Origin: Bellilinea caldifistulae
Lineage (GTDB): Bacteria; Chloroflexota; Anaerolineae; Anaerolineales; Anaerolineaceae
Length of the DNA stretch: 32,000 nucleotides
Assembly (NCBI RefSeq): GCF_001306055.1
Contig: NZ_LGHJ01000003.1
Location: 22,989 to 54,988 of the forward strand
Direction of reading: 5' to 3'
Shown here: one piece after another, positions 9,991 to 19,715 of the stretch
Layout: each line of letters begins with the position of its first letter
Numbering within the stretch: position 1 is the stretch's first letter
Notes under the pieces: generated by a model
Seen by the model: the letters and a program-made list of their open reading frames with translations, nothing else
Told to the model about the DNA's origin: nothing
Database searches by the model: none
Position numbers and translations under genes: made by a program

Positions 9991-12012
9991 TTAGCTGGCG
10001 GGCGGACGGGTCGTGATGGCCTGTTGGAGGGCATCCGGCAGTTCGCCGACATAGGTCAGTACCAGCCGCTGCCCGGCACGGGTGGCAGCCATATATACCT
10101 TTCGAGTGTTAGAACGAATAATTTCTTCCCGTTCTTCATCCGAAAGCCGCAGGGATTGCTCCTCTTCAAACAACTCACGCAATCCACAAAGGAACACAAT
10201 GGGACTTTCGAGACCGGCACCGGCGTTCAGCGTGGTCACCCGCACATAATTGCCGGGATAGGTGTACTTGGGATCCATTGCCGCATCCTTGCCTGCTTTA
10301 CGGTTGATTGCGCTGATCAGGCGTTGCACCACTGCTCCATCGCTGTGCAGGATCAGCAAATGTTGACGGGGGATGCCCTGTTTCAAAAGAGCCGCAACTT
10401 CATTGGCAACCCGGCTAATTTCATCCTGAGAACTATCCAAAATCAATAATTGAGGGACAACTCCGGTGGGCATTTGGGTCAAATCGGGGTAGAGGATTTC
10501 TTCTTCCGGGCTGTCGGTACAGCGCAGACGGTAAAAAAGCGTGGCGAAGTTCAGTATTTCGCGGGTGGTGCGGTAACTCTTGACCAGATGATGGGTTCTG
10601 CCTCGAGCTTCGATGCCGAGAGATTTCCAACTGGTGCGGCGACCCAGAAATCCCTGGGTTGGGTCGGCAGCCAGACAGAGATGAGCAGTACGATTGCGTA
10701 AGGCTTTTCGAATCAGGTCGAACCAGAGAGGTGCAAAGAACTGGGCTTCGTCCACGAAAATAAAATCGTATTGGGGAAGATGCAAATGACCCTCTTGATT
10801 CCACTGCCAGATACGGCGGGGCACTTCGCTCCAGTCCACAGCCCGCTGGTTTTCCAGCAGCGATTGAAACCGCAAAAAGGCTTGCCAAACAAGGCGGCGT
10901 TGATCGCTATTCAGGGCAAAACCACGTCCGCGGCGATCCGCATGGAGATAATCTTCCAGCGACATGGGTAACTGGTCTTTGATCCAATCCACCTCGCTGA
11001 TGAATAAGTGGCGAGGTATGGAGGAATTTTCCAATAATTCCTGCCAGACCTGTTCCAGGAGCGCGGTTCGTTTCCCGTAGGGGAGGGGATCAATCCAGGG
11101 TGTGTGGCTGGTTTTCCATAACTGGTAACACCAGCGGTTGAAAGTAGCCCACTCAATATTTTCGGGCTGTTTGCCTTCCAATCGGTAGAAACGATTTTGT
11201 AAATCGTGATTGAGCGGGCGGTTATGGGTTAAGACCAGAAACCGGCGGTCGGGGTAAAAGTGATAGAGCAGGCGCAAACGATAGAGCAGGATCAAGGTTT
11301 TGCCGCTGCCAGCCACGCCGTTGATAATATTCACCCGAAAATCGCGCGTCAATGCTTCATCCGAGTCGGGTAATTCAAGATCGCTTTTGAGCGCAATTTC
11401 CTGATTGTAGTCGAGAAGAAATGCCGTCAGGCTTGCTTCCAGGCGGCGGGGGGCTTGCTGGCGGACTGTCAAATCGGTGGGAACAACAATTTCCGGCGTA
11501 AAACGCTCACGGAGAGTATGGATTTGACCGAAAGAAAGACTTTGCTGGGGGAAGAATTGGATCCAGCCGGCTTCACCCTCTGACTGAAGAATTTCTCGGC
11601 CAGCCCACTTTACCTCAGCAGCGGAACTGGCTGGCCGCCCGGCGTTAAGTTGACTCTGGCTGAGGTTAGGGAAGATCACCAGCAGACCTAATGGCACATT
11701 TTCGGGAAGGCTTAAAGACCGGCGGAAGTTGATCAGGAGGGTTTCCTCGATGATTCCGGGGGGCGGGCTGTGATCTTCAATCAGGCGTAATTGAGCCGCT
11801 ACACTCATCTGATCGCGTTTTGCCGTGCTGACTTTGACCAAAACGGCCTGGGCTTGACGAGTAATCACTAAAAAATCCGGTGCGTCGGGCTGCCAGGGCG
11901 CCAGGTGGTGCCAGATGAAATACGAATCGGGCAGAGATTTAAGAGCGCGGAAAACGATTAAAGTTTCCGGAGGTAAATTCCGAGGAGGGGTTTGCGGCAG
12001 GATATGTGCCAT
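9991..12012 (-). CDS. SF1A UvrD/Rep-like helicase with an N-terminal NERD-like (PD-(D/E)xK-type) domain
   Basis: N-terminus YFIWHHL...PDFLVITRQAQAVLVKVS resembles NERD. Helicase motifs: I GVAGSGKTLILLYR, II FIFVDEAQFF, III AADPTQGF, IV KSYRTTREI, V TLNAGAGLESPIVFL, VI MAATRAGQRLVLTY. The start is 1 nt after the stop of the upstream helicase gene. Confidence 0.85.
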   Translation of the reverse strand: MAHILPQTPPRNLPPETLIVFRALKSLPDSYFIWHHLAPWQPDAPDFLVITRQAQAVLVKVSTAKRDQMSVAAQLRLIEDHSPPPGIIEETLLINFRRSLSLPENVPLGLLVIFPNLSQSQLNAGRPASSAAEVKWAGREILQSEGEAGWIQFFPQQSLSFGQIHTLRERFTPEIVVPTDLTVRQQAPRRLEASLTAFLLDYNQEIALKSDLELPDSDEALTRDFRVNIINGVAGSGKTLILLYRLRLLYHFYPDRRFLVLTHNRPLNHDLQNRFYRLEGKQPENIEWATFNRWCYQLWKTSHTPWIDPLPYGKRTALLEQVWQELLENSSIPRHLFISEVDWIKDQLPMSLEDYLHADRRGRGFALNSDQRRLVWQAFLRFQSLLENQRAVDWSEVPRRIWQWNQEGHLHLPQYDFIFVDEAQFFAPLWFDLIRKALRNRTAHLCLAADPTQGFLGRRTSWKSLGIEARGRTHHLVKSYRTTREILNFATLFYRLRCTDSPEEEILYPDLTQMPTGVVPQLLILDSSQDEISRVANEVAALLKQGIPRQHLLILHSDGAVVQRLISAINRKAGKDAAMDPKYTYPGNYVRVTTLNAGAGLESPIVFLCGLRELFEEEQSLRLSDEEREEIIRSNTRKVYMAATRAGQRLVLTYVGELPDALQQAITTRPPAS

Positions 12013-12013
12013 A

Positions 12014-13759
12014 TCAGGTCAAAGATCCATTGGGAAGTGAAAACCAATCACAGTGATCCAGTAAACTACGCAACAGGTCGAACGAGGCAACCAGTTTTTC
12101 GTCTTGGGGAGGGCTTTTAATCAGGGACTGGCTGCCAAGCAGGATGAGCTTTGTGCGCGGCCGGGTAACGGCCACATTCAACCGTTGAGGTTGCAGCAGA
12201 AAGTCGGCTACCTGAGCTGCAAAAGTGACGCTGGAGGTGGTTAAGGAAACCAGGACAACCTCCCGTTCCTGACCTTGCATTCGTTCCACCGTGTCTGCCA
12301 CTATTTCTTTCCACCAATCGGAAACCGGCAAGTTGCGGCGCAACAGACTGCGAATGAGGCGGCTCTGGGCACGATAGGGAACCACCACGCCGATTTCTTG
12401 AGGTGGAATGTGGTGTTCGAGCAAGGCGAGAACCAGTTCAACCACTTTTTCGGCTTCCAGGTGGCTGCGAACGGTGGTGTTTCGGTGCTGTAAGTCAAGG
12501 AACACGGCTGGACGGGAAGGGTCAAGGACGAAATCCCAGGGGGTATGTGCGGAGGATAAGACCAGTCTTCTAGGGGCCGCTTCGGGACTGGCTTGCAGCT
12601 CGCCGTCGTAAAAAGTTTTGCTGGGCCACTCTGTCAAAACATCATTAAGGCGGTAGGTGGTGCTAAGCAGGGTGCTGGAAGTTTGCTGAGAAAGCAGTGA
12701 AAATATCGAAGGCGGAGCTGATTCGGGTTGTGAAAAAATACTCACCGGGGGTAATTGCTGTTGATCGCCGATCAAGATATATTTATTGCCGGCTAACATG
12801 CCCATGATTGCCAGTGGAAGGGTAACCTGGGAGGCTTCGTCAAAGATGACCGTGTCAAACTCGACCCCACTCAGGCGCTTGGTTAGCAAGGCAAACGGTG
12901 TTGCCCCGATAATGTAACCGCCGTTGATGTCGCCAAAACCGGATTCGGAGAAATATTCGAAATTATCGGCTTGTAAGTCGGTTGCGTTACGCGATGGGCC
13001 AATTTTACAAAGAGGCACCTCACTTCCTAATTGTGCAATTTTGTTGAGCGCGTTATTGATGGCACGGTGGGTAAGCCCGGTGATCAACACTCTCTGACCT
13101 TCTTCGGCGAGCATCACGGCAATGTGGGCCAGTACCCAGGTTTTTCCGGTGCCGGGCGGTCCTTGAATTAAGTAGAGTACATCACTCGCATAAGCCAACG
13201 CCACGGCTTGAATCTGGCTTTCATCAAGCCGGGTATTGCGGAGTAAGTAATCAATGGCACGTTCGTAACGGGCGAAATCAATTTGTGGTTGAAGACGACC
13301 CATCAGTAAGGGAAGGATAAGCGAGCGGCCGCGCAACGTATCGGCTGCCTGGTCGAGAGCATTTTTATAAAAAGTACTGGAATCAAACCAGTCCTGATCG
13401 GCAATCCAACCCCTGGTGTGTTGGGAAAGTTCATAGGGATTTCCCCGGATGAGGTTGAATTCTAATTCATCTTCTCCGTCGTATTGCAGCTCAACGTGCA
13501 AAGCATCCGGGTCGGCCGGGTTGCCGCGATGGAGTACCATCAAGTCACCTTCGCGAAAGCGCGAATCGTTGGTCGTGCAGCGCATCTTTAAAATTTCATT
13601 TTTAAACGACTCGACCTCAAGTCCTTCAATGGCCCAACCGCGCGCAACTCGTTCGGCTAGCGGGTAACTCCATTGTTTGGAAAGCGCTTCGGCCTGTGCC
13701 TGAGCTTCGCGTTGCACGAAGTGACGTAGTCGTTGAAGAAGTTCAGCAGGGGTTGACAT
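12014..13759 (-). CDS. SF1B Upf1/DNA2/IGHMBP2-like helicase (AAA_11/AAA_12 type)
   Basis: Motif I LIQGPPGTGKTWVLAHI, Ia LITGLTHRAINN, II VIFDEASQV, III LIGDQQQLPPV, then TTYRLN, VPYRAQ, ERMQGQEREVVLVSL, RLNVAVTRPRTKLILLG. The N-terminal ~190 aa look like a beta-barrel accessory region as in Upf1-like enzymes. Confidence 0.88.
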   Translation of the reverse strand: MSTPAELLQRLRHFVQREAQAQAEALSKQWSYPLAERVARGWAIEGLEVESFKNEILKMRCTTNDSRFREGDLMVLHRGNPADPDALHVELQYDGEDELEFNLIRGNPYELSQHTRGWIADQDWFDSSTFYKNALDQAADTLRGRSLILPLLMGRLQPQIDFARYERAIDYLLRNTRLDESQIQAVALAYASDVLYLIQGPPGTGKTWVLAHIAVMLAEEGQRVLITGLTHRAINNALNKIAQLGSEVPLCKIGPSRNATDLQADNFEYFSESGFGDINGGYIIGATPFALLTKRLSGVEFDTVIFDEASQVTLPLAIMGMLAGNKYILIGDQQQLPPVSIFSQPESAPPSIFSLLSQQTSSTLLSTTYRLNDVLTEWPSKTFYDGELQASPEAAPRRLVLSSAHTPWDFVLDPSRPAVFLDLQHRNTTVRSHLEAEKVVELVLALLEHHIPPQEIGVVVPYRAQSRLIRSLLRRNLPVSDWWKEIVADTVERMQGQEREVVLVSLTTSSVTFAAQVADFLLQPQRLNVAVTRPRTKLILLGSQSLIKSPPQDEKLVASFDLLRSLLDHCDWFSLPNGSLT

Positions 13760-14138
13760 GGTAAACCCATTGGCGCAACAGGGAAAATTCTCAGAAAAGC
13801 GGTGAATTTGAGGGAATCTTTCTCCCCCAATGAATTGTTTTAATATTTTACACTGAATTTATGGAACAATTTATTGCCGTCGCATTGAGGAAGCCTAGTT
13901 GTTGAGATTGATCATGATTGGCACAATCCTTTCAAGCCGGCAAAAATCCCATGGTTTTTTTATGATACTTTTAGGTTTGAGTGTATAATCAACTTGGTTT
14001 TTTATTGTTTTAAGAAATACTCCCCGAAATCTTATCGGTCTTCCTCAATCATCACAATGTAAACATTTGAAACTCCACAGAGCGGGTTGCTTCGACCGCT
14101 GCTGTGTGTGTGGATATTTCTATCTCAGAGGAGGCACG

Positions 14139-17100
14139 ATGAAATCAAAAGTGTACGTAATTTTAGCCGCCATCCTGCTGTTCAGCATGCTGGCGGCGCC
14201 GGTTTCTGCGGGGAGTGTTTCGCCGAAGGCAATACCCTCCCCTTCAGCAGAGACGGAGACGATCTCATCTCCGGGGCAAAAGCTGCAACTCACGGATGCC
14301 AGCAGCGAGGTGCAACCCTTCGATGGGCGTTATTTTGTCCTTTTCGATGGTGATTCGCTGGTGCAGAGTTTCTCCGACGATTCCGGTCAGATTCAGGTGG
14401 ACTCGCTGGAGGCTCAGGCATACCTGAATCTGCTCAGGCGTGAGCAGGATACCCGCTTACAGCAAATCAGCCGGGTGATCCAGCGCAGTGTACAGCCGAT
14501 TTTCCGCTACGATGTGGTGCTGAACGGTTTTGCTCTCCAACTCAGCCCGACCGAGGCTGCCCGCATCCGCAGCCTGCCGGGCGTGCGCGCCGTCATCCCC
14601 GATCGGCTGGAGCAGCCGCTGACGGACGCCGGGCCGTGGTTTATCCGGGCGGATGCGATATGGGGCGGCAGCACGCCGGGCGCTGTTGCCACAAAAGGCG
14701 AGGGGATTGTTGTCGGTATTCTGGATACCGGCATCAACTTTGACCATCCATCCTTTGCTGATGATGCCGATCCAACTTATACCTACCCGGACACGCCACC
14801 TAAAGGGGTGTGCGCGGTGAGTGGAGGGCCTTACGAAAATGCCTGTAACAACAAATTGATCGGTGCGTATTCCTTCACGAACGAAGCGGTTACGCCGGAA
14901 GATACTAACGGTCATGGTTCGCACACGGCTTCTACGGTGGCGGGAAATCCATTGACCATCTCCACCTTCAACGGTGTATCCAATGTTACCATCTCCGGCG
15001 TCTCCCCGCGCGCGCAAATCATTGCTTATGATGTATGCGATGATTCGGGCTGTGCAACAACCGCTTCGGTGGCTGCTGTGCAGCAAGCTATTGAGGATGG
15101 GGTGAGTGTAATCAATTACTCCATCTCCGGCGGTAAAACGCCTTATACCGATCCCGTGGAACTGGCTTTTCTGGAAGCTTTCGATGCCGGGATTTTCGTG
15201 GCGGCATCCGCCGGCAACCTGCGAACCGAACCCACCACCGATGGGCAGGTCAACCATGTCAGCCCGTGGGTGATGACGGTTGCCGCCAGCAGCCATAACC
15301 GCCGTTTTGGGCACCTGGTGGATGTGGTTGATCCTGCGAATAGTGAATTGATGGGATTGTTTGCCGTGCCGGGTACCGGTCCAAAGTTCACTACCTATCT
15401 AAATCCAATTGAAATTCGCTACGATGAAAATAATGCCACTGGTTGCGCATCCTTCAATTCAGATTTCTTTGCTGACTCAATTGCCCTGATACAGCGAGGA
15501 GGTTGTACCTTTGCAACGAAAGTCAATAACGCCACCGAAGCCGGGGCTGTGGGTGTGCTTGTTTTTAACAACAATGGCTTTGCCATCCCTATGGCGGGTT
15601 TGGAGACCACCACCATCCCTTCCGCCATGCTCGATCAGCAGGACGGCGAAGCCTTGCGGGATTATATCCTTCAGGTGATGGATGAATCTTCGCTTCCTGT
15701 TTATGTAGCCATCACCGCCTTCGACAGGCTGGTGGGGGATTACGGCGACATCAAAGCCGATTTCAGTTTCCGAGGGCCGAGTTACAATGATTTCGAGGTG
15801 CTCAAACCCGATATTACCGCTCCAGGTTTAGAAATTTTGGCGGCGGTTGCGGATGGGAAAATCACCTCCGATTCGGAAGCAGAATATGATTTTTATCAGG
15901 GCACGTCCATGTCCAGCCCGCATGTGGCCGGGGCAGCCGCTTTACTCAAAGCCCTGCACCCCACTTGGAGCCCGGCGGCGATCAAATCGGCGCTGATGAT
16001 GACCGCCAAAACCGAGGGTTTGCGCAAAGAAGACCGCACCACCCCCGCCGACCCCTTCGACCACGGCGCCGGCCGGGTGGACCTGAGCGCAGCCGCCCGT
16101 ACCGCCTTGATACTGGATGAAACGACCGCCAACTTTGAAGCCACCGACCCGGCCAACGGCGGCGACCCCAAATCGCTCAACCTGCCGGCATTGCAGGATA
16201 ACTTCTGCGTGGCTGCCTGCTCATGGACGCGCACCTTTACCAATGTCAGCGGTGTTGCGGTGAGTATGGCTATTACCACACCAACATGGATGACGACTGA
16301 ACCATCCGTCTTTTCGGTGGAAAGCGGAGAGTCCCAAACCATCACCTTCACGGCGGATGTCAGCACGTTGCCGATGGATCAGTGGACATTTGGAACGGTT
16401 AGGCTTAACACCGACAGCGCTTTTGGCGACGGGACGGAAATCGCCGACCTGCATCTGCCGGTGGCGGTATTTTCCACCGCGGGCAACCTGCCCTCTCTGG
16501 TGCAGTTTGATACCTACCGCAATCGCGCCAGCGGAACACTGGAAAACCTGAAGGCGCTGGAAATTGTGGATCTCAGCATCATAAAGTACGGTTTGGTTAA
16601 AGCCAACCTGTTCCAGAACATTCTTGACCCGGATGGGACGCCCGACGATCCTTTCGATAACCTCGCTCAGGTGTGGTACACCACCATAGAAGTGCCAGAT
16701 GATGCCGTCCGGCTTGTAGCAGAAATTACAAACACAACTGCCAATGACCTGGACCTTTACCTTGGTATTGACCTGAACGATAACAGCCTGCCGGAAGAGA
16801 ATGAAATTTACGACGTGAGCGCCACATCTGCCGCTCTGGAATACCTGAGCGAGATGTCCCCGCCACCGGGAAAGTGGTGGGTACTGGTCCAGAACTGGGA
16901 CGGGAATGCCGATGATTCTTTTACTCTTGCGCTGGGCGTGATTCCTGCCACCGACGAAGGCAACCTGACGGTTAATGGGCCCTCTTCCAACCCCAGCACA
17001 ACCCCATTTGAACTGGAAGTGATCTGGGATGAAACAACCCAACCCGGCGACCGGCTATACGGTGCTTTCAGTGTCGGTTCTCAGCCCGGCACAGAAGGCG

Positions 17101-18215
17101 ATATCGGCGTGGTTGCCCTGGATGTGCGTCGTCTTGGTGAGGAAGTGGTCAAAAGCGTAGATCACGAAACAGCCCATGTCGGCGATATTCTGACCTACAC
17201 AATAAGCATCAACAATCCTAATCCTTTTGATGCGGTTTACACCATCGAAGATCAACTCCCGCAGGGTGTCAATCTCATTCCCGGCTCGCTGACCGGCGGA
17301 GCGACCTATGATAGCGTCAATCATAAAATCATCTGGAGTGGTGTGGTGAGTGGTTCGTACCCCACCTACTCAATGACCACCAGCGAAGAGGACCCCGCTT
17401 GTGCCATGCCGTTTGCCACGAAGCGTGGATATGTTAATCTTGAACAATATGGTTTATTTACCAACAGCGTCCTCTCGGGTGATACAAAATGGTGGGTTTG
17501 GGCAACTGGTGGGGGGCCGATCCAATATTTTGGTCAAAACGTTGGGAATACGATCAACTTTATGGATGACGGGATTGCATTCTTTGATCCTTCTACACCG
17601 GGTGACACTCCGTGGGAGAATAAAGACATCCCCACTCCCGCCGAGCCGAACAACTTGCTGGCGTTCTTCTGGCAAGATCTTGAAGTTCAGTATGATGCGA
17701 CGAACAATTATGGAATTACAATGGCAAACTTAAATGACTCGGGAGGCAATCCGGTTGGGCATATTTTGGAGATGGATAATGTACACGTTTACGGTGATCC
17801 AAGCCAGGATTACGACGTGGAATTCTACCTTGCCAAACAAGCGGATGACACACCGGGCGAATACGAAATCATCTTCGCCTACGACAATTTGAACGGTGGA
17901 CTGGATACGGGCACGATTGGGCTGGAAGATGCCAGTGGCCTTCGCGGGATCAAATATGCCTATAACGATCAGGCACTAAGCCAGATCACCGACGGCATGG
18001 CCATTTGCTTCGATTCGGTCATGAGCCAATCCACCCATACAATCACCTATCAGGTACGGGTACAAAATACTGCTGGGGAAGGGTGGTTGATCAATCAACT
18101 GTATCACGATAACGATGCTCCTCAAACCGAAGAGGAAACGGCAGAGGCTCGTGTTTGGATAGCCTATTTCCGTTATTACTTCCCCCTCATTGGCAAGGAA
18201 GCCAGGTTGCCCTGA
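14139..18215 (+). CDS. Secreted multidomain subtilisin-like serine protease (S8A; I9 propeptide, PA insert, PPC-like and DUF11-like modules, long uncharacterised C-terminus)
   Basis: Signal peptide MKSKVYVILAAILLFSMLAAPVSAG after an AGAGGAGG RBS. Catalytic D (VGILDTGI), H (NGHGSHTAST), S (GTSMSSPHVAGAAALL). PA-type insert GGCTFATKVNNATEAGAVGVLVFNN. NDLDLYLGIDLNDN is pre-peptidase-C-like; GDILTYTISINNPN is DUF11-like. The track start at 14067 lacks an RBS or signal peptide. Confidence 0.92.
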   Translation: MKSKVYVILAAILLFSMLAAPVSAGSVSPKAIPSPSAETETISSPGQKLQLTDASSEVQPFDGRYFVLFDGDSLVQSFSDDSGQIQVDSLEAQAYLNLLRREQDTRLQQISRVIQRSVQPIFRYDVVLNGFALQLSPTEAARIRSLPGVRAVIPDRLEQPLTDAGPWFIRADAIWGGSTPGAVATKGEGIVVGILDTGINFDHPSFADDADPTYTYPDTPPKGVCAVSGGPYENACNNKLIGAYSFTNEAVTPEDTNGHGSHTASTVAGNPLTISTFNGVSNVTISGVSPRAQIIAYDVCDDSGCATTASVAAVQQAIEDGVSVINYSISGGKTPYTDPVELAFLEAFDAGIFVAASAGNLRTEPTTDGQVNHVSPWVMTVAASSHNRRFGHLVDVVDPANSELMGLFAVPGTGPKFTTYLNPIEIRYDENNATGCASFNSDFFADSIALIQRGGCTFATKVNNATEAGAVGVLVFNNNGFAIPMAGLETTTIPSAMLDQQDGEALRDYILQVMDESSLPVYVAITAFDRLVGDYGDIKADFSFRGPSYNDFEVLKPDITAPGLEILAAVADGKITSDSEAEYDFYQGTSMSSPHVAGAAALLKALHPTWSPAAIKSALMMTAKTEGLRKEDRTTPADPFDHGAGRVDLSAAARTALILDETTANFEATDPANGGDPKSLNLPALQDNFCVAACSWTRTFTNVSGVAVSMAITTPTWMTTEPSVFSVESGESQTITFTADVSTLPMDQWTFGTVRLNTDSAFGDGTEIADLHLPVAVFSTAGNLPSLVQFDTYRNRASGTLENLKALEIVDLSIIKYGLVKANLFQNILDPDGTPDDPFDNLAQVWYTTIEVPDDAVRLVAEITNTTANDLDLYLGIDLNDNSLPEENEIYDVSATSAALEYLSEMSPPPGKWWVLVQNWDGNADDSFTLALGVIPATDEGNLTVNGPSSNPSTTPFELEVIWDETTQPGDRLYGAFSVGSQPGTEGDIGVVALDVRRLGEEVVKSVDHETAHVGDILTYTISINNPNPFDAVYTIEDQLPQGVNLIPGSLTGGATYDSVNHKIIWSGVVSGSYPTYSMTTSEEDPACAMPFATKRGYVNLEQYGLFTNSVLSGDTKWWVWATGGGPIQYFGQNVGNTINFMDDGIAFFDPSTPGDTPWENKDIPTPAEPNNLLAFFWQDLEVQYDATNNYGITMANLNDSGGNPVGHILEMDNVHVYGDPSQDYDVEFYLAKQADDTPGEYEIIFAYDNLNGGLDTGTIGLEDASGLRGIKYAYNDQALSQITDGMAICFDSVMSQSTHTITYQVRVQNTAGEGWLINQLYHDNDAPQTEEETAEARVWIAYFRYYFPLIGKEARLP

Positions 18216-18247
18216 CTCATCCGTTATCCCAACCTGGTATGATTTTG

Positions 18248-18286
18248 ATCTCCCCTCTGCACCCCGCAGGGGGGAGATTTTGTGTT
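18248..18286 (+). terminator. Rho-independent terminator of the protease gene
   Basis: ATCTCCCCTCTGC / GCAGGGGGGAGAT stem with one mismatch, followed by TTTTGTGTT. Confidence 0.7.
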
Positions 18287-18325
18287 AAGATAAAGCATCT
18301 GCTTCTACTCGCGAGGAATAAGAAG

Positions 18326-19687
18326 ATGTCAAAACGGATTTTTCCACATGGGTTTGTGTGGGGGGCAGCCACCTCTGCCTATCAAATTGAGGGTGCCTGG
18401 GATCAAGACGGCAAGGGCGAATCGATTTGGGACCGCTTTGCGCATACGCCCGGTAAGGTGCTCAACGGGGATACCGGTGATGTAGCAGCCGATCATTATC
18501 ACCGCTGGCCAGAAGATATTGCGCTGATGCAGCAAATCGGGTTGAAGGCTTACCGCTTCAGCATTGCCTGGACGCGCATTTTGCCCGAAGGATGCGGCAG
18601 GGTCAACCCGGCCGGTTTGGATTTTTACGAACGGCTGGTGGATGGCCTGCTGGCCGCCGGGATCACTCCCTATCCAACCCTTTTCCACTGGGACCTGCCT
18701 CAGGCGTTGGAAGATGAAGGCGGTTGGAGCAATCGCAAAACGGCTTACGCCTTTGCCGAATTTACCGATGCGATCAGCCGGCGCTTGGGTGACCGTATCC
18801 GCGACTGGACGACTCACAACGAGGTGACCTGTGCCAGTCTGCTGGGGTACCAGTTGGGTATTCATGCTCCGGGGATATGCGACTGGTACACGGCGCTGCG
18901 CGCCGCTCACCATTTGCTGCTTTCGCATGGGCTGGCAGTGCAGGCACTGCGCGCCAACTGCCCCAAAGCCGACGTGGGTTTTGTGATTGACCCCATCCCC
19001 GCCGAGCCGGCTTCCGATGCACCGCAGGATTATGCCGCTTACCGCTGGTTCGATGGCCACCACAACCGCTGGTTCCTCGATCCGCTCTACGGACGCGAAT
19101 ACCCGGCCGATGTGGTCAGCGAACACATTCGCCGCGGGCATTTACCCAAGGGATTGGACTTTCTTCAAGCGGGCGACTACGATTTGATCAGCCAGCCGCT
19201 GGATTATTTGGGGTTGAATTACTACCGCCGCGGGGTGCTGCGCGCCGGTAGTGAGGACTTGATCAACAATATCGCCCCAACTGCCAACCCGCCCGAAGGC
19301 TTTACGGAAACGGGCTGGGAGATTTACCCGCAGGGTCTTTTCTATTTGTTGCTGCAAGTCTGGCTGACCTACCGACCGCGTCAAATCTACATCACCGAAA
19401 ACGGCGCCAGTTTTTCGGACGCGCCGGATGAAAATGGACGAGTGCGCGATGAACGGCGCATCGCTTACCTGCATGGTCACCTTGCGGCTGCCCACCGCGC
19501 CATTGAGGCCGGCGTTCCGTTGAAGGGCTATTTCGTCTGGTCGTTCATGGATAATTTTGAGTGGGCGATGGGTTATTCGCAGCGCTTTGGGCTGGTGTGG
19601 GTGGATTACGCCAGCGGACGCCGGCTGCTCAAAGACAGTGCGTTGTGGTACCGGCAGGTGATTGAAGCCAACGCCATTCCGGATTGA
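18326..19687 (+). CDS. GH1 family beta-glucosidase
   Basis: FPHGFVWGAATSAYQIEGA N-terminal signature, acid/base HNEV (usually NEP), nucleophile YITENGAS, C-terminal FVWSFMDNFEWAMGY. The track ORF start at 18155 overlaps the protease gene; the ATG at 18326 gives the canonical GH1 N-terminus. Confidence 0.95.
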   Translation: MSKRIFPHGFVWGAATSAYQIEGAWDQDGKGESIWDRFAHTPGKVLNGDTGDVAADHYHRWPEDIALMQQIGLKAYRFSIAWTRILPEGCGRVNPAGLDFYERLVDGLLAAGITPYPTLFHWDLPQALEDEGGWSNRKTAYAFAEFTDAISRRLGDRIRDWTTHNEVTCASLLGYQLGIHAPGICDWYTALRAAHHLLLSHGLAVQALRANCPKADVGFVIDPIPAEPASDAPQDYAAYRWFDGHHNRWFLDPLYGREYPADVVSEHIRRGHLPKGLDFLQAGDYDLISQPLDYLGLNYYRRGVLRAGSEDLINNIAPTANPPEGFTETGWEIYPQGLFYLLLQVWLTYRPRQIYITENGASFSDAPDENGRVRDERRIAYLHGHLAAAHRAIEAGVPLKGYFVWSFMDNFEWAMGYSQRFGLVWVDYASGRRLLKDSALWYRQVIEANAIPD

Positions 19688-19715
19688 GGAATTCAGGCAG
19701 GGTTCACTGAGCGCC

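Noticed and set aside
14067-14138. Upstream start of the protease ORF; likewise 18155-18325 for the GH1 ORF and 9170-9208 for sdhB
   Set aside because: The internal ATGs have strong Shine-Dalgarno sequences and give a canonical signal peptide or family N-terminus. The longer forms overlap upstream genes or terminators.
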